NCBI GenBank assembly: GCA_040954595.2
Contig: CM082587.2
Coordinates: 1,703,000 to 1,766,999 of the forward strand
Direction of reading: 5' to 3'
DNA length: 64,000 nucleotides
Source of the DNA: Balanoglossus misakiensis
Taxonomy: Eukaryota; Animalia; Hemichordata
This document shows positions 1 through 14,045 of the stretch, piece after piece. Positions within the stretch are counted from its first letter, which is position 1, and each line of letters opens with the position of its first letter. The notes below the pieces were generated by a model that saw only the letters and a list, made by a program, of their open reading frames with translations, did no database searches and was not told the origin of the DNA. Made by a program: the position numbers and the translations under genes.

Positions 1-2887
1 CAACTTCAAGGTCATCAGTTACTGTCCCGCCATTCAGAAGCCTATGTCCAACAAAGAACAAGAACAATAACGTAAACATCAAATTTTCTGTGTCATTGCT
101 GCATGTTGTCATAAGAGCTACAGCTACAGTCATTTTGACGAGGACCTATTGATGTCAAGTAACAGACTCTCACCTGGCTGTGTCCAAGTCATCTTCATCG
201 GAGCTGTCTTTTCCAGTTGGAATGGAAAATGTGACAGGTTCTGGAGTTGGTCGACGCAACAGCAGTGTTCTGGGTGACTGCAAGAATGGAAGAACAGATC
301 CAACAATCAAGCAAGCTGCCCATTTAAACTAGTGATTGAAATTGCAGTAAGTCTACTCTAAAGATGAGTGCATGAATATACCTTTTAATCATTTCATGAA
401 AAGATAAACTGAAGTAGAATTCCTGATTCAGAATATACGATATAAATGTGGATTTCTGACCTGTTTTACATTGATTTCTTTGTACGAATGTGATCCTTGT
501 TTCTTCTTGTGCTCATCACCGTCACTACCATGATCATCATCATCATCACCGCCGTCAATATTCAGATTAATCCTAAGCTCTTCACGGCTGGGTTTTCCAT
601 TCCTTCTCTCTTCCACAACATTCTCATCACTTGTTTCACCCTCTCCGTTGATCATCCTGGCAATATCCGGGGAGGCACAGGGAGGAGGGGGAGGTGGACT
701 GACTGCTTCTTCTTTGGCATAAGCTGCCGACAGCTTGGCTGGATTTAAACAGAAATGTTGAATGTGTCACTACGATCAAAGTTTTTGTGCACGTAATTCT
801 TCATTCGAACTGTACAATTGACTTTATTGTATTCAACAAGACTTACCCAAGTTGTGAACATTTGCGTTTGGTTGACTGTTAACAAATTCCTCCAGTGTGT
901 TTTCAATTCTCTCTTTGCTCATCTGATCGAGGTCTTCGTGTGTGTGGCCCACTGCGACACCACCACTTGGAACGCTGAACTGAGGGGCTCCGCTGGGAGG
1001 TCGTGACCTGGGATCATACCGTTCCCCTTTGACTGAAGCAAACATATGTAGTAATGGGTTAAAGTTAAACAACACAGTGAAGGGTGGAAGGGAGGAGAGG
1101 GGTGAAAGGGTTAAAACACTTTCCTAAAGACACTTACCAACAATTGGTATTCCATGTTGCTCTACTGGTACTGCATGCTCAGTGGCCACTGGTTTTCTCT
1201 GAGAACTCGGACTTTGTGGTACTTTTCGGCCACTCCATGGTCGTCTGCTGACCTTGGCACTCTCTGGTCTCTGTAACCTTTCACCTTGTTGCCGTATGAG
1301 CTCAGGGATCGAACTATTGCTACCCCTATAGGATGACAAATACTGCATTATTGTTTCTTGGTCTTTGTATACATTATTGAGCAATAATTTAAAACCAATT
1401 GTGTTGCTATGTTAGTGAAACTGGATAGCACACACTATATCCACCATCCTAGAACTCACCATGCTGTTTTCTGATAACTCAATCTAGACAGCGGTGGCTC
1501 TGTATCTATTTCAACAAAGCTTTTCTTTTTTCGGTAGACATTGGCACTTCTAGTTCTTGGTTTGGGTTTCAGACTCCTAGCGTCTGCCACCGTATTGCTG
1601 AGATTGTAAACTGAAGCCTTGACTTGGTCTAGTTTGGTCAGAGACACACTGGACGCACTCAACCAGTCCTGAAAATTCCAAATTAAAAAGAAATATTTAC
1701 ACTTGATTTCCTTTCTCTAAAAAATAAAATAAAATATTTCTTATTATTTGACATCAATAGGTCCCACAGTATAATAAGTTAAAATAAAGTTTATAATAGC
1801 AGGATTTTTAATAATATATATATGACTTATAATTGCAGTAAACTAAATTTAGAGGGCTAGGGTTTTCATGACCACCAAGCCTTGTTTTCACAAGTAGCAA
1901 CCCTTGCAGTGGATTGCAATGTCAACACAAGCGTCTTAAGTTACTTAGTTACACTCTTTAAAGTGGAGCTATTGGGAAGTGGAGTTGCTAGGATCAGGTT
2001 TCACTGTCTCTGTTATGTGTAAACAATGAATGGATAATAATACAGAAAATATATGTTGGAATCTCCCTTTGACTTTGCTGTTTGCTACGCTTCCACAAGT
2101 AAAGTACAAAAGGATGATTCCAGTGGCATTGTAAATCTGAATGATACATGTGTGTATACAAAATGTACATGTATGCATATCGCATTTCAGTTGTTTGCGA
2201 TCCAAAGAACATTTATAGTTATAGTGTTTGTCATACACATGTGAAATCACTGCTTTTACTTTCCAATGAATGTTAATTGGCTGACTGGACATACAGGCGT
2301 TATTGCAATACACTGAGAGAGCATACACTGACATAAACCTGGGAAATTGGGTATCCTTTGAAAACTAAACAGCATTCATGTACAAACCTGAATGCTAATT
2401 GTTTTCAACAAAAGAATACCATATGCCTGGAAACCAACTACACCTAGGCTATGCAAAGTATGCCTATAAGTTTCGACCTTGTTCCCAATGGGTATCATAG
2501 AGAAAATAAAAAAATAAAAAGTATGACCACCATTTAAGTGACTTTCTGTCTAATTTTCTCTGCTTAAACTTTTAATTTGTTTATTAATTATATGATCAAC
2601 ACATGACATGTGTGTGAAAGTGATCTGTAAAGAATTTTAAATGGATTTGTATTTTGCATGTAACTTATCCCGTACCGGGGGCAGCAATTATGATATAGTA
2701 TTACTTGTACATGTACTATTGTAACTGCTCTGTCTATTGATGTGATCGATCGTATTTATACACGACTTGGGTTTTGGATGAAGTTCCGCAGTCCAGCATA
2801 TAGCTTGTCAAGTAATCATGTACCAATACGTACCCTGCTCGCAATATTTCGAATGAGTTCATACTTCTCCAGTTCCTTGCGATTCAT
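1..2887 (-). CDS. Multi-exon gene of unknown function (low-complexity, Pro/acidic/basic); 3' part runs off the left edge
   Basis: ATG at 2887 (MNRKELEKYELIRNIASR). Phase-consistent GT-AG exons 2887-2834, 1668-1460, 1325-1138, 1032-847, 738-461, 277-174 and 41-<1 join several ORF-track fragments into one open frame. No family recognised. Confidence 0.75.
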
Positions 2888-3640
2888 GATTGTCACTTCA
2901 CATTGAGATCTCAGTACTCTCCATGGTTTTCGTCCACCTACCGATTACCGATTGTCTACGGGAGCGACTTGGAAAGTGGAGACTTCAGTTATGTAAACAT
3001 TTCACCATTTTCATCAGCTCCTTTACGGAATTCCTCAAGGCCCTCTAAGTCAGGAAGTAAAATAAAACTTAATGCTGCTGTCGTTCTCTAGACAATATGA
3101 ATGATAATATTCGTGGATATTAGTCAATAATTTATATATTAAACATTATTTTGCCGCCACAAGATAACATTTTGTAAGGCAAATGTAATTTTACCTTCAA
3201 AACACTTTGCCCAAGATTGCAAGGTGGTTGTAAAAGTATATGAACATACAGGGTCTTATCAGCTGCACGAAATCAACACTGAGGGCAGTGTGTTGTAGTC
3301 ATGCGCACAGCGTCCCTTCTCCATGGAAATGACAACAATCAACATGGCGACTGTCCTGAAGACCTGACAGTGACAAAGTTCGTTCCTAGTTTGGTGAGTT
3401 TGTGGCTGTTGGCACCATCTACTATCATGATTGAGTGACACGTGAATGATTAAAAGAAACAGTCTTTCTGCAATGCGCAAAACATACGGTGACGATCATA
3501 GCCGTCAAATCAGAGAGCAGGTTTGGCAAAGAAAAGCACAGCAACAGGTCTTTGGCTCAGTATGTGGGTGGTTATTGTAAGTCCTCACTGTCCTCTTTAT
3601 CGATGAAATATTGTACATTACAGACCTTTACTAGATAAAC
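2888..3640. promoter_or_regulatory. Bidirectional promoter region with a degenerate RFX X-box and a forkhead site
   Basis: ATGs of two divergent genes lie about 750 bp apart. TTCTCCATGGAAAT at 3317-3330, GTAAACA at 2993-2999, likely 5'UTR splice donor GTGAGT at about 3394. Confidence 0.45.
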
Positions 3641-6600
3641 ATGGCAGAGGAGAATGGAGGAGGGTTGACAAATGGTGAGATGACTGATTCCGGTCTTTTT
3701 GACTGCATGGAATCTGAGGAGATTCCTCCGGATCTAAATCAGGAAAACATCCAGGGTCAGGATGGTGAAGCAACACCAGATGAGCAAAGTCAAGCGATTG
3801 CATCACCAGAACATAGGCAGGTACTTGACAATGAACCTGAAAACCAGGCGGTAGGGGTTATGCAAGGAGAAAGCACAGAAGGAAATGTGAAAGATGAAAC
3901 ACATGCAGAGGATGATGCTAAGGATGTTAGTACGCCAGGAGAGCCAAGCCTGGGTCAAAGGTCAGAGAATCCTGTGCCACAGGAGGAACAGCCAGACACA
4001 GAATCAAGTCAAGGTGAACAGGTATCTCAAGCAGTGGAAGGTGGTGAACCTGCAGAGAATGTTGCCATGGAAACAGCTGCTGTGGCACAACCACCACCAC
4101 TGGATGAAAGGATGCCAGCAGATGGCGAGGGGGAGCAGGAGACGGTAACCGTGGATACAGGGAATGCTGAGACGTCTCTAGCTGACACTTCAACTGATCA
4201 GAGACGTCAAACTGGGGAAGACGAGACTGTTTCAAGCGAGGTGGGGAAAGAGGATAAAAGTGAAGCAGGAACAGACAGAAAAGTGGACAGTGTCCCCCAG
4301 CTACAAGTGTCATCTGATGATACAAGAGAACAAGACAGCACTCCAGAAATGGAAAGCAGAAATCAAGAAGACAAAACGCACACTAATGTAACAGGAGATC
4401 AGGATCATGACACAAGGACTCAAACAGAGGCTGACTCCATCCGGCCATCACCGGAACGAGAACAGGAAGGTGGGAGGAAAAGTTCCCACAGTTCTAAGAG
4501 TGTAAAGTTCCTTGATGAAACTCCCTCACAAGGGGATGTAGGGGAGGATGAGGATGAGGACCGACAAGTTGCAATTTATGAGAAATATGCGGCCGAGGAG
4601 AGACAACAGGAGAGTGATGATGATACAGACAGATCAGAGGAGTCTCCAGAGAATGTAAGTTTGAAGCCATTTTGAACTTATAATATACTGTGTAAACAAT
4701 TATAAAGTTCGTTGTATGTGTAAAGCTCTCAATATGCAATATCTCATCTTCTATAAACAACCATGCAAAATCTTCATTCCTTGTATTGCATGAATCAATG
4801 TAAAATGACACAACTTAACATTTTTGCAGAAATCTGAAGGAAAGAGCTCTGATCTCTTCCAAACGGCAGTCAGTGAAGAGAAAATTGAAGAGGCCAAACA
4901 GAGGAGGACATCAGTCATTGACAAGGAGGCATTTGCTGTGGATTTATTTGGGAGCTCAGAGGTTGAAAAAGAAACCATGTCTGGTGTGATTGATAAAAAG
5001 GCTCGTGAACAGTAAGTATTAACCAGATATAGGTCTAAGCTATCATTTTATCATTGAAAGGCACAGCTCCAACCGGTACATACATCTTTTTAAGTAATTA
5101 GCAGAACCTTGCTAAGTCTGAGTTTTCTGTTAATGCTCTCTACATGTTTTATTATTTTCAGTTTTGAAAGAGGACGTCAACTGATGGAAGAAAGTGACTT
5201 TTATAAAGCCATCACTTCGCTAGACAAGGCACTCAACTTGAAACCAAAGAACATTGAATTCTTTATCCAGCGGGGAGAATGTTATCTCCAGATTTGTGAC
5301 TTCCAATCGGCCATCTTGAACTACAAAAAGGCCTGTGTACTGGACCCAGAGAATGAGGACTATTATAACAGACTTGCCTTCATTTACTTTTTCCAAGGCC
5401 AGACTCTCTTTGATCAGCACAAGTTTTCAGATGCGCTGGAGTCGTTTTCAAGGGCAGCAGAAATGAAACCAGAAATCGTAGGCTATCACACAAGGAGGTA
5501 AGTCAGAATTACTTCCTGTACTTGTACATGTACTTTCCTCAGCAGAAACACTGCGCCTTGCACCTGAGAAATACTTCCTACAATGATTATTTATTTTATC
5601 CCGCAGTGTGGCTTGCCTTGCTGCTTTGCAGAGACACGGTGAATGTCTGGCTCTGGTCAACAAACGACTGGAAGTAGAGCAAGAGAATTCTGATCTGTAC
5701 ATCATGAGAGCCAGGCTGCATGAACTCTTCAGAAATGTATGTAACAAGCAAGTCATTTGGTTATATTTGTCAGTGTCTTGCTAAGGCAACACTTGTGCTA
5801 CCCACTTAAATTCTGACTGCATTGATTCACCAAGTGGAACCCTGCAATTATCTCGGCTGGATTCAGTCTACAAGTGTCCTTCAGAACTAGGTGTAAAGCA
5901 CTTCACAGTGATAATGCTAAAATCTCTGCAATCATGTCCTCCCTCTCCAGACCACACTGTGCTTCTACGACCTGAAGGATGCTCTCCAACTCAATCCAGA
6001 CCAAGCGGAGGCCAAGATGATGATGAAGCAACTTGAAGACAAGGCCAATGATTACAAAGCACAAACCGTGCAGATGAACCTCGCTGGCAAGTACAAGGAA
6101 GCCTTACAGAAGATCTCCATGGCGATAGAAACCAATCCAACTATAGCTGAGTATCATGTCGTAAGGTGGGTGGGCTGATTTTCTGTTGCTATCGTAGCTG
6201 TTCTATTTTTTAAGTCTAGAGCAGCTGGAATTGTTGTTGTCATGGTAACCCCTGTCTGTCTGCAGATATTCAGTGTTCAGGGTTCATGCAGGATGTTCTG
6301 TGTAGTTCATTTGTGTCTTTGTTATTTTTTGCAAAAAGAGGGGCTCTCCACAGAAGACTACAGGACTTCAATTCAGCAATTGATGATTATCTGCTGGCAT
6401 TGGACAAAACAGATCACGACGAGGAACACCTCACTTATCAAGACTCCCAACGACAATTGCTCCTCACGTACAACGACTTTGCCGTCGAGTGTTTCACCAA
6501 GGGGTTCTTTGATGAAGCCATTATCCTTCTCAACAAAGCCATCAAAGGGGAGAAACGAGAGAAAGGCCTGTATGTGAATAGAGGAGGTATGTAGTCTGGA

Positions 6601-8270
6601 TAGCCACTCACCCCCTCCATATAATGGTATCAACCTTATGGAATAATTGTCCATTTTCACACATGAAAAATGAGAGTTGATGATATGCGTGGGTGTTAAT
6701 ATGGATTGGAAGTATATTTTCACTAATAATTTTGCAGGTAGATACAACCTGTAATATATTCGATAACAAGTAATTCGTTTACAGTAATTTTAATTCCAAA
6801 ATAAAAAAAGTACTGGTATGAGAGGACAGTGCATTTACTTGTCTAATGTCCATTTTTATGAACTATATTTTTTTTAACTTTGTCTTTGTATTAATACATT
6901 TGTTGGCTGTTCACATTCTCATATTTTCATTTCTTCATGAACCACACTGATAATTTCTCATGTCCACAGACTGTTTCTTCAAGCAAGATGAGTTACAGTT
7001 TGCACTGGCTGACTACCACCAAGCATTAGAACTGGATCAGCAAGACTGGTCCATCAGGGCTAGGATAGCCAACATCCATAATGAGTTCGGTCTGCTGGAT
7101 TACGATGATCGGAATTACCAAGAAGCTGAGGCCAGGTTCACCATCGCCATTAAACATAACCCGAGAGTTGCGCAGTATTACGTTTCGAGGTCGAAAGTAC
7201 GGTTCATGATGGAGGTATGTTGGAGTACAGCAATTAAGTAGGCTATCTTTGTACTGACGTGTGATTGATAGTGGACAGTAAGGTTTCCATGGAAATAAAA
7301 AAATGGGCTGTTTTGCTGAGCATATCCTTTCTTCACTTTGGTCGTAGATGACTGAAAAGAAAACATTTAAGAACATTACACTTTTCATTGTTTTTTCAGA
7401 ATCACGGAGGTGCACGACAAGACCTCTTGTTAGCATTACATTTAGATCCCAGCAACGATGAGCTCATGTCACTGTTGCCGCGTTTGTTTCCCGGCAAAGC
7501 AGTGGGCGATGTGATGCGAAGCAAAGCCGCCAGGGCTGCCAAACTTGCCATTGAGAACGCTGTGGTGATGGCATCGCCAGTGAAACTGCCAACTTTAGCT
7601 GAGTAAGTCGTGCTGAAATGTATAATCACCCAATGTTCATTCTTGCAAAACATCTTGGCTGTTAACAAAATAACTGAGTACATTCATAGGGTTGCAGGGT
7701 CCACCATTAATTCTTTTCGTGTTTCCTGCGTAGGAGTGAAAATGGAAGCGAGACAGTGGATAGAGCAGAGAGCGAGAAGAGTGAAGAGGAACCAATGCCA
7801 AAGCCCTTCTCTCTTCCCGGAACTGCTTACAGTTACAAGACGACCTACAAGCCAGGCTTTCCAGATCTCAAGGCATGTCTGGATGAGATGGAATTCCACA
7901 AACACATTCTGAAAGGAAAGAAGAAGGTAGGGTTTACATGCAGTGCTCTTTCATCCCATGTTTTCTGTTGCATGTCTTTTCGTAAAGGATTGCCCTATTC
8001 ACACTCTTCAAAGGTCTAATGACGAAACAATTTTATTTCTTTGTTTTTATGTACCGGTAGATAACTACAAAAGTCAAGAAGATGCTACACGATCGTAACA
8101 GTCTGAAAGTAGACGTACCGAAACTGGCACCACAGCCACCAGCAAGACCAGTAGCGATCAGGGGAGGTGCTCTGGGGTCAAAGGGCATGGTCTCTGTGGT
8201 GAACCCTAAAGAAAAGAGTCGGCAAGCCGCAGGGTGGAGGACCTACTCCCTTGGGATATCACCAACATAG
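3641..8270 (+). CDS. TTC16: Tetratricopeptide repeat protein 16-like, with a long acidic N-terminal exon
   Basis: Exons 3641-4654, 4830-5011, 5162-5497, 5607-5736, 5951-6165, 6339-6586, 6970-7214, 7400-7602, 7734-7926, 8061-8270, all GT-AG and in phase. TPR motifs RGECYLQICDFQSAILNYKKA, QRQLLLTYNDFAVEC and LYVNRGDCFF are typical of TTC16. Confidence 0.85.
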
Positions 8271-9981
8271 CATGTGTGGTGATGAGTCAGATGTTTTGTG
8301 AATGAAAGCACATGATTGGAGTGTTAATATGGACAGAGAGATTTTGTTCTTCCATCTGTCTGTTTGTCACACAGTATTGCGTGATTTACATTTGAACGTG
8401 ATTGTCTGTGTGCTTATATACTTCATCTTTACAAGCTAAGATTTTCACTCTCTGTGAAGTGTGTGCACTTCACAAAGGGAGGGGTTCTAAGTAGTGATCA
8501 CCTCTTTACTAATATGATGTGGCAGATATTGGTGTTTTGCCAAATGCAATGGATATCACTGAAATGTGCCAATGTTTGATATCAAATCTGGACATTTTGC
8601 TTTTGTTTTTTATGTGATGAACAGTATAATGTGCCAATATGTAGGTACAAATGTATAGTTTTTGTTTAAAAAATATCTTTCATGTTACACTATGCAACTT
8701 CAGGAAATGGTGCCAAGTTCAGTTCAATACTGTTTTATCGCATTATTAACCAAATTAATTATTTCTGTCCTGTGATATTGTTCAACATCACAGGATATGT
8801 AAATTTAGTTTATGTAAATAAAAATGTGTAAATAAACTGTAAATTATAAAACACAGAGATTTTAGTGTGTAATATACTTTTAATTTTATGTAAGAGTAAT
8901 ACTATGGCTACAGAAATTCTCTGACAATGTGTGTTACACTGTAGCTGCAGCATATTCTGTTTAAAAGCTTCTACTTTGGTCTCACAAAAATGCAAGCAGT
9001 AATATGTAGTCTAGTTTTACTGGCTCTTTCGTAGAATACAAAATGTCACATCGGGTTGCATTGACCCCGGGCTACCATATCAAATTGCGCTCAGATTCAG
9101 TGCTTTGCCATTCTGTAAGGTGTCTTGCATATAAATGGATGCCCAAGGGGCATTGGAATAAAATACAGCTTCTACATTTTCAAAGCACAGCATCCTAGAT
9201 CCTCTTAAAGGATTTTGCAGTTCAGATGCACGATGTACTCGACGGATAACTGAGAGATCGCAGAATGCCTGTCATTATAACCAAGTGGGCTTTCTTGAAA
9301 GGAACAAAGTCTTTTGATGTTCTTTTAGTTTGGTTTTGATTGAATTGCCCATACATGGGGAATTTGACTGATTTTTTCTCTTAACTCTCAATTCATCATT
9401 GCTGCAGCCTTCCACAAGTGTCATCATCGGTCTGAGTGAGGTTGCTAGGCAACCAGGCAAGATGATCGTATTCTAGTTTTTGGGATGGGAACACAAACAA
9501 GTAAATTATATCAGCATCCATCTGTGTAATCCCAGTAATGCAGAATCTATGGCTTTGGCGCCGTGGGACTAATGGCAATGTCAGATTTGTAGCCCTGCTG
9601 ATGAGGTTTGGCATTCTGCAGTGACGTGGTAGTCTCCCAGTGCCATATTGAAGCAATGGGAAACAGATTGGCCATACATAATTTAACACTTGAACCAATC
9701 TCTAGGGTTTTGTATAGCCTGACAAAAATGAGGTGTAATTTTACAATAAAGTCGAATCTTCAATGTAAATGGCCTTTGTAATCATAACATTGGTATTGCA
9801 AATAATACCTATATATTGAAATAAGTGTGTATGCACATTACAGATAATATTTAAATTTTGCCTCTTGCTGCTTTTTATTTGTACCAAAACATGCCATTTT
9901 ACAAACACAATCCATCAGAAAATCCTACCCAAAATCCCTAAGACGTGTTATTATATGCACTAACTGAGGATGTACAGCACC

Positions 9982-10480
9982 TTTAAAGGGACAAAGTCTC
10001 TCTCTCACTTTTCTTTTCCCATTTATTATGTTTGATTCACTACACTGTTTATGCTAATGCATATGTGGATATATAGTGAATCAACATTCAACCATCACGT
10101 TTGCAGGATATGAGAGTAAAAATCTTGCCAAAATGAATAAATGGTAAACACCGAATATTCATTTTGGAGAGTTTTTCACTCTCGTGTCTACAAGGGGGAT
10201 GGAAGGTGTGTGTGAGTAAAATTTCTCCATAATGTTTACCATAGAGATTGTCAAAGTCACTAAATTTGGCGGCCATTTTGAATGCCATAGACTAAGCACA
10301 GATATAGGCGGCCATTTTGAACCTCAAATTTGGCGGCCATTTTGAAAGTCTTAATTTCAAGGCAATTTTGAAAAGACCCCCTCCCCCCTACTTTAATGAG
10401 TAAATGAAGAATTATTGGTAGAATATTGAAAATCATTAAAAAGTGCAATTTTTCTATTCGTTTTCTTTATTGTCCTGCAT
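9982..10480. mobile_element. Putative non-autonomous DNA transposon/MITE-like interspersed repeat
   Basis: Starts TTTAAAGGGACA. Internal direct repeats AAATTTGGCGGCCATTTTGAA at 10262-10282 and 10326-10346 (partial copy 10307-10321). The same 15-mer occurs reverse-complemented at 48403-48417. Boundaries approximate. Confidence 0.45.
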
Positions 10481-10529
10481 TAGAAATTGAATAAAACGCT
10501 GCAACTCCTCAACTCAGCGAAGGAAATGT

Positions 10530-10601
10530 GGTCACGTGATCACCACATGGTCTTTTTCTAACGAGAAGCTGAGGGCTCTTTCTGTATTTACTGTGCCACG
10601 T
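10530..10601 (+). promoter_or_regulatory. SLC39A7 proximal promoter motifs (E-box, CCACGT UPR-like element)
   Basis: GGTCACGTGA at 10530-10539 and TGCCACGT at 10594-10601, within about 105 bp of the ATG. Confidence 0.4.
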
Positions 10602-10635
10602 AGCTTTAGCGTGAAGTGTCATTTCTATAACAAAC

Positions 10636-13600
10636 ATGGCGGCGTGCAGGAGCTTGTTTCTGTGCTGTCTGGCGATTGCTTTCCTGGGTTTCTTTCATTC
10701 TGAGTTCGTAGACGCGCAGGTTCACGAACACAGCCACTCTCATGGTCACGGTCATTCACACTCCGATCACGGGCATAGTCATGATCACGGACATTCGCAC
10801 GGACACGGACATAGTCATGATCATCACGGCCACAGCCATGATTCTGCAGACCATGCACACTCTCATGGCGGAAGTCATAGCCACGATCATCCCCATGAGG
10901 AACCGGCGAAAAAACGCGTCAAGCCGAAGAGTGACACCACGACTATGTGGCTAGAAGCCATCGGGGCAACTCTGCTGATAAGTGCTGCACCTTTCTTCAT
11001 ACTCTTCTTCATCCCCGTCGATAGAAACAGCCCTCAGGCTGAACCTCTCTTGAAGGTGTTGCTGAGTTTTGCATCAGGTGGTCTCCTAGGAGACGCCTTC
11101 CTCCATCTCATCCCTCACGCCGTCAATCCACACTCCCACGGGGGTGAAGATCACGGCCACAGCCACGAAGAGAGCAGTCATGGGCACTCCCACGACCACT
11201 CGCACGACATGAGTGTTGGGCTGTGGGTCCTCAGTGGACTCGTCACCTTCTTGGTCGTGGAGAAGGTGGTTAGAATTATGAAAGGCGGGCACGGACATAG
11301 CCACTCTCACGGACACAGTCACAACCTCCCGTCTGGCGACAGCGATGGTAGCGCAGTGAAGCAGAAGGAGGCGGCGTCGGACACCGAACTAAGACACAGA
11401 AAGAAAACAGATGGTGACTCAGACAAAAATGAAACAGAGAAAACAGAAGTTATCCCAGCAACAGGTATTGACATTAACACATATTAATTGCAGTTTGTAA
11501 GAAATATATATTCAGAATATTGTTTGAACCTGCCAAAATTGTAAACTGTGAAGTTTTATTATCCATTATCCATTCAAATAAAAGTACATTTTGCAGTAAA
11601 ATTGCAACATATGGCGTCATTAGTTTGGTAGCAGCATGAATTTGTTGAGTTTCTTCCATTACGAGATAGTCTACTCTTTCCCTACAATTGTCATCGATCA
11701 TGTACATCAATAACGACTGATTTATATATGTATATATATATATATATGTGCGATTATATCGTTTGGAAATTTATGATCCACTGGGAAATGTCCAATTTTA
11801 TTGTCACATTTCTCAATAAAGTGACAGGGTACCAGTAGAATGTGCATGAATATGCTATTTTCTCCATTATGTCAGAATAAAAAGAATGATGAATATTTCT
11901 CTCTATCCGATACTGGCCTTCTTAAATCAACTGTACATTGAAGAATATCTACACTTCTGAGACATCATGCAAATTACCATAAATTTTCCTTGCATTACGA
12001 TTTGCTGTCTGGTAGGCTTCTCAAAAACCTCTTTTAGAGATAAAACTGATCAATATCAAATGCCATAAAGATAATGACAGTTTTGCTCTAGATACCAGGC
12101 AAGCACCTGGATGGTTCCCCAATTTCTCATTAGATTCACTGTATTGTAATATTCCTTCTGGGTTGAAACAATTTTGTATCATCTGCGAACACATACATGT
12201 ATTTCCAGACAGTTTCCACTTTGCAATTGCTGGCAGAGATGCCTGAGAGATCTCCAGCGCAGTGCATTAAAATGTTTGTGTCCAGATCACTGAAAAATGT
12301 ATCGGATACGATACCCATCCCCAACACACATTGTAAATCCCTCCCTGCAGTTTAGTAGCTAATGATCTTACCAATCTTCTGGCAATATTCTGTTTGGAGA
12401 TTCATATTGCCAAATGTGTCTCCACAAAGCGATTAAAATCTTGGTGGGGATTCTGATTTGGTCTTCAATTGTTAATGACCGCACAAAACTGACCAGTGGC
12501 AAGGCGTATCATGTGTCCATAGATATAAGATCTTCGGGATGATTGTATTAAAGTGTAAAGACTTTTGTGTTAGTAATCAGAGCTTACATTGTTTAATGGG
12601 ATGAATAATTGAATCACGTTTCAAGATTTGTGTCAAATGCCTGTTTTTTTCTAAGTCTTTCAACATGCTTCAGGCAGTGGAAGAAGAAGTAAAATAATGT
12701 TGTTGCTTTGTGAGGAAGGGAATCTGATTCATGAGAGACAGATTAGAGTCAGATTATCTTGCATGCTTTACTTTTGATATTTCAAAATGACTGCTATACA
12801 CTGCCATTATCTCAATATGGAAATTTTAATTTCTTGCCTATTGCAGCACAAAAGCTTCTTTTGAAGGAAGGAATTAAAAACAAGATTATAGAACAACTTT
12901 CTTAGCTGAAAATCTCTGCTCAAGGATACACTGCACCTTCAAAATTAATGACTACTTTTCTGTCAGTTGATCGAGGATTAAATATTGAGCACAGTGCATT
13001 CTTTGTAAGCAGGTTTGGCTTATGAGGTTTCAGTTGGCCATGATTAGGGTGACGTTTCCCCTTTGTTTACAGACCATCTTGTTTTCGGGCACCAAACCCA
13101 ATCTTTTACATCCTCTAAAAATCTTTTAGGCAACATTTGCAGTTCTCACTACATTTCTCTCTTTACCACATATTTTAAATTTTGTTTTCTTTTGTTTTAC
13201 TCCACCCATACAGAAGATATCAAAGTTGCCGGATATTTGAATTTAGCTGCCGACTTCACGCACAACGTCACCGATGGACTGGCCATTGGTGCCTCCTTCT
13301 TGGTGAGTCGTAATCTGGGAATCATCACAACTGTGACCATACTCCTCCATGAGGTGCCTCATGAGATTGGTGATTTTGCAATCCTGGTGCAGTCTGGATG
13401 CTCTAAGAGAAAGGTGAGTGTGATGGTGGGAGACTTTGGGGTGTGTTCATATTGTTGAGATGAGTTTGATGTGCTGTGTTGTCTTTTACAAGCATCCACA
13501 TTTGTGCGACAGCTTCATACATAACACCTTCTAGGAATAGCTCATGTGAATTTCCTGTTCTCTGTTTCTCAAGTGTGTTTTGACCAGAATGGGATGGTTG

Positions 13601-14045
13601 GCACAGCAACATGAAGGAAGGCCTGAAAACTTGTCCGATAAAAGAGAATTCTGCTCAGTATTCTTGACCAGTTTAACATGAGTCTGAGTTCTGTATTACT
13701 ATATAAAAACACATCTATTCTACAGGACCAAGTGTCTGTATATTAGTGTAACATTAAAGTGAGTATCACATTTTCATTTGTTTGTATCTGTAGGCAATGA
13801 TGCTGCAACTGGTGACCGCCACTGGTGCTCTTACAGGCTGTATCATTGGTCTGTTGGCCGAGGGAACTGGTGATGCTGCAACCCTTTGGATTCTTCCATT
13901 TACGGCGGGGGGTTTCATTTACATTGCCACAGTCGCCGTCATTCCAGAAATACTGCAAGACTCCAGGCCATGGCAGTCATTCAAGGAAATACTAGCGATG
14001 TTAATCGGTGTGGGTCTGATGGTGCTTATAGCTAAGTTTGAGTAA
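10636..14045 (+). CDS. SLC39A7: Zinc transporter ZIP7 (LIV-1 subfamily, Catsup/KE4)
   Basis: Exons 10636-11464, 13214-13413, 13794-14045. Signal peptide, (HxH)n His-rich tracts, [20 protein letters not shown], and the [17 protein letters not shown] (HEXPHEXGD) motif. Confidence 0.95.
11723..11747. repeat. (TA)n microsatellite
   Basis: tatatatgtatatatatatatatat in SLC39A7 intron 1. Confidence 0.8.
12140..12210 (-). mobile_element. Decayed LINE reverse-transcriptase fragment
   Basis: Minus-strand translation [10 protein letters not shown] matches the CR1/L2-type RT catalytic motif; the surrounding frame is degraded. Confidence 0.4.

Noticed and set aside
8950-9700. Minus-strand ORF fragments faintly resembling LINE endonuclease or linker sequence (CITGITQ, KPTWL)
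   Set aside because: Too degenerate to support; no diagnostic motif or continuous frame.
10720-10900. His-Gly/His-Ser repeat tracts
   Set aside because: Normal feature of ZIP7-family proteins; not an independent repeat.
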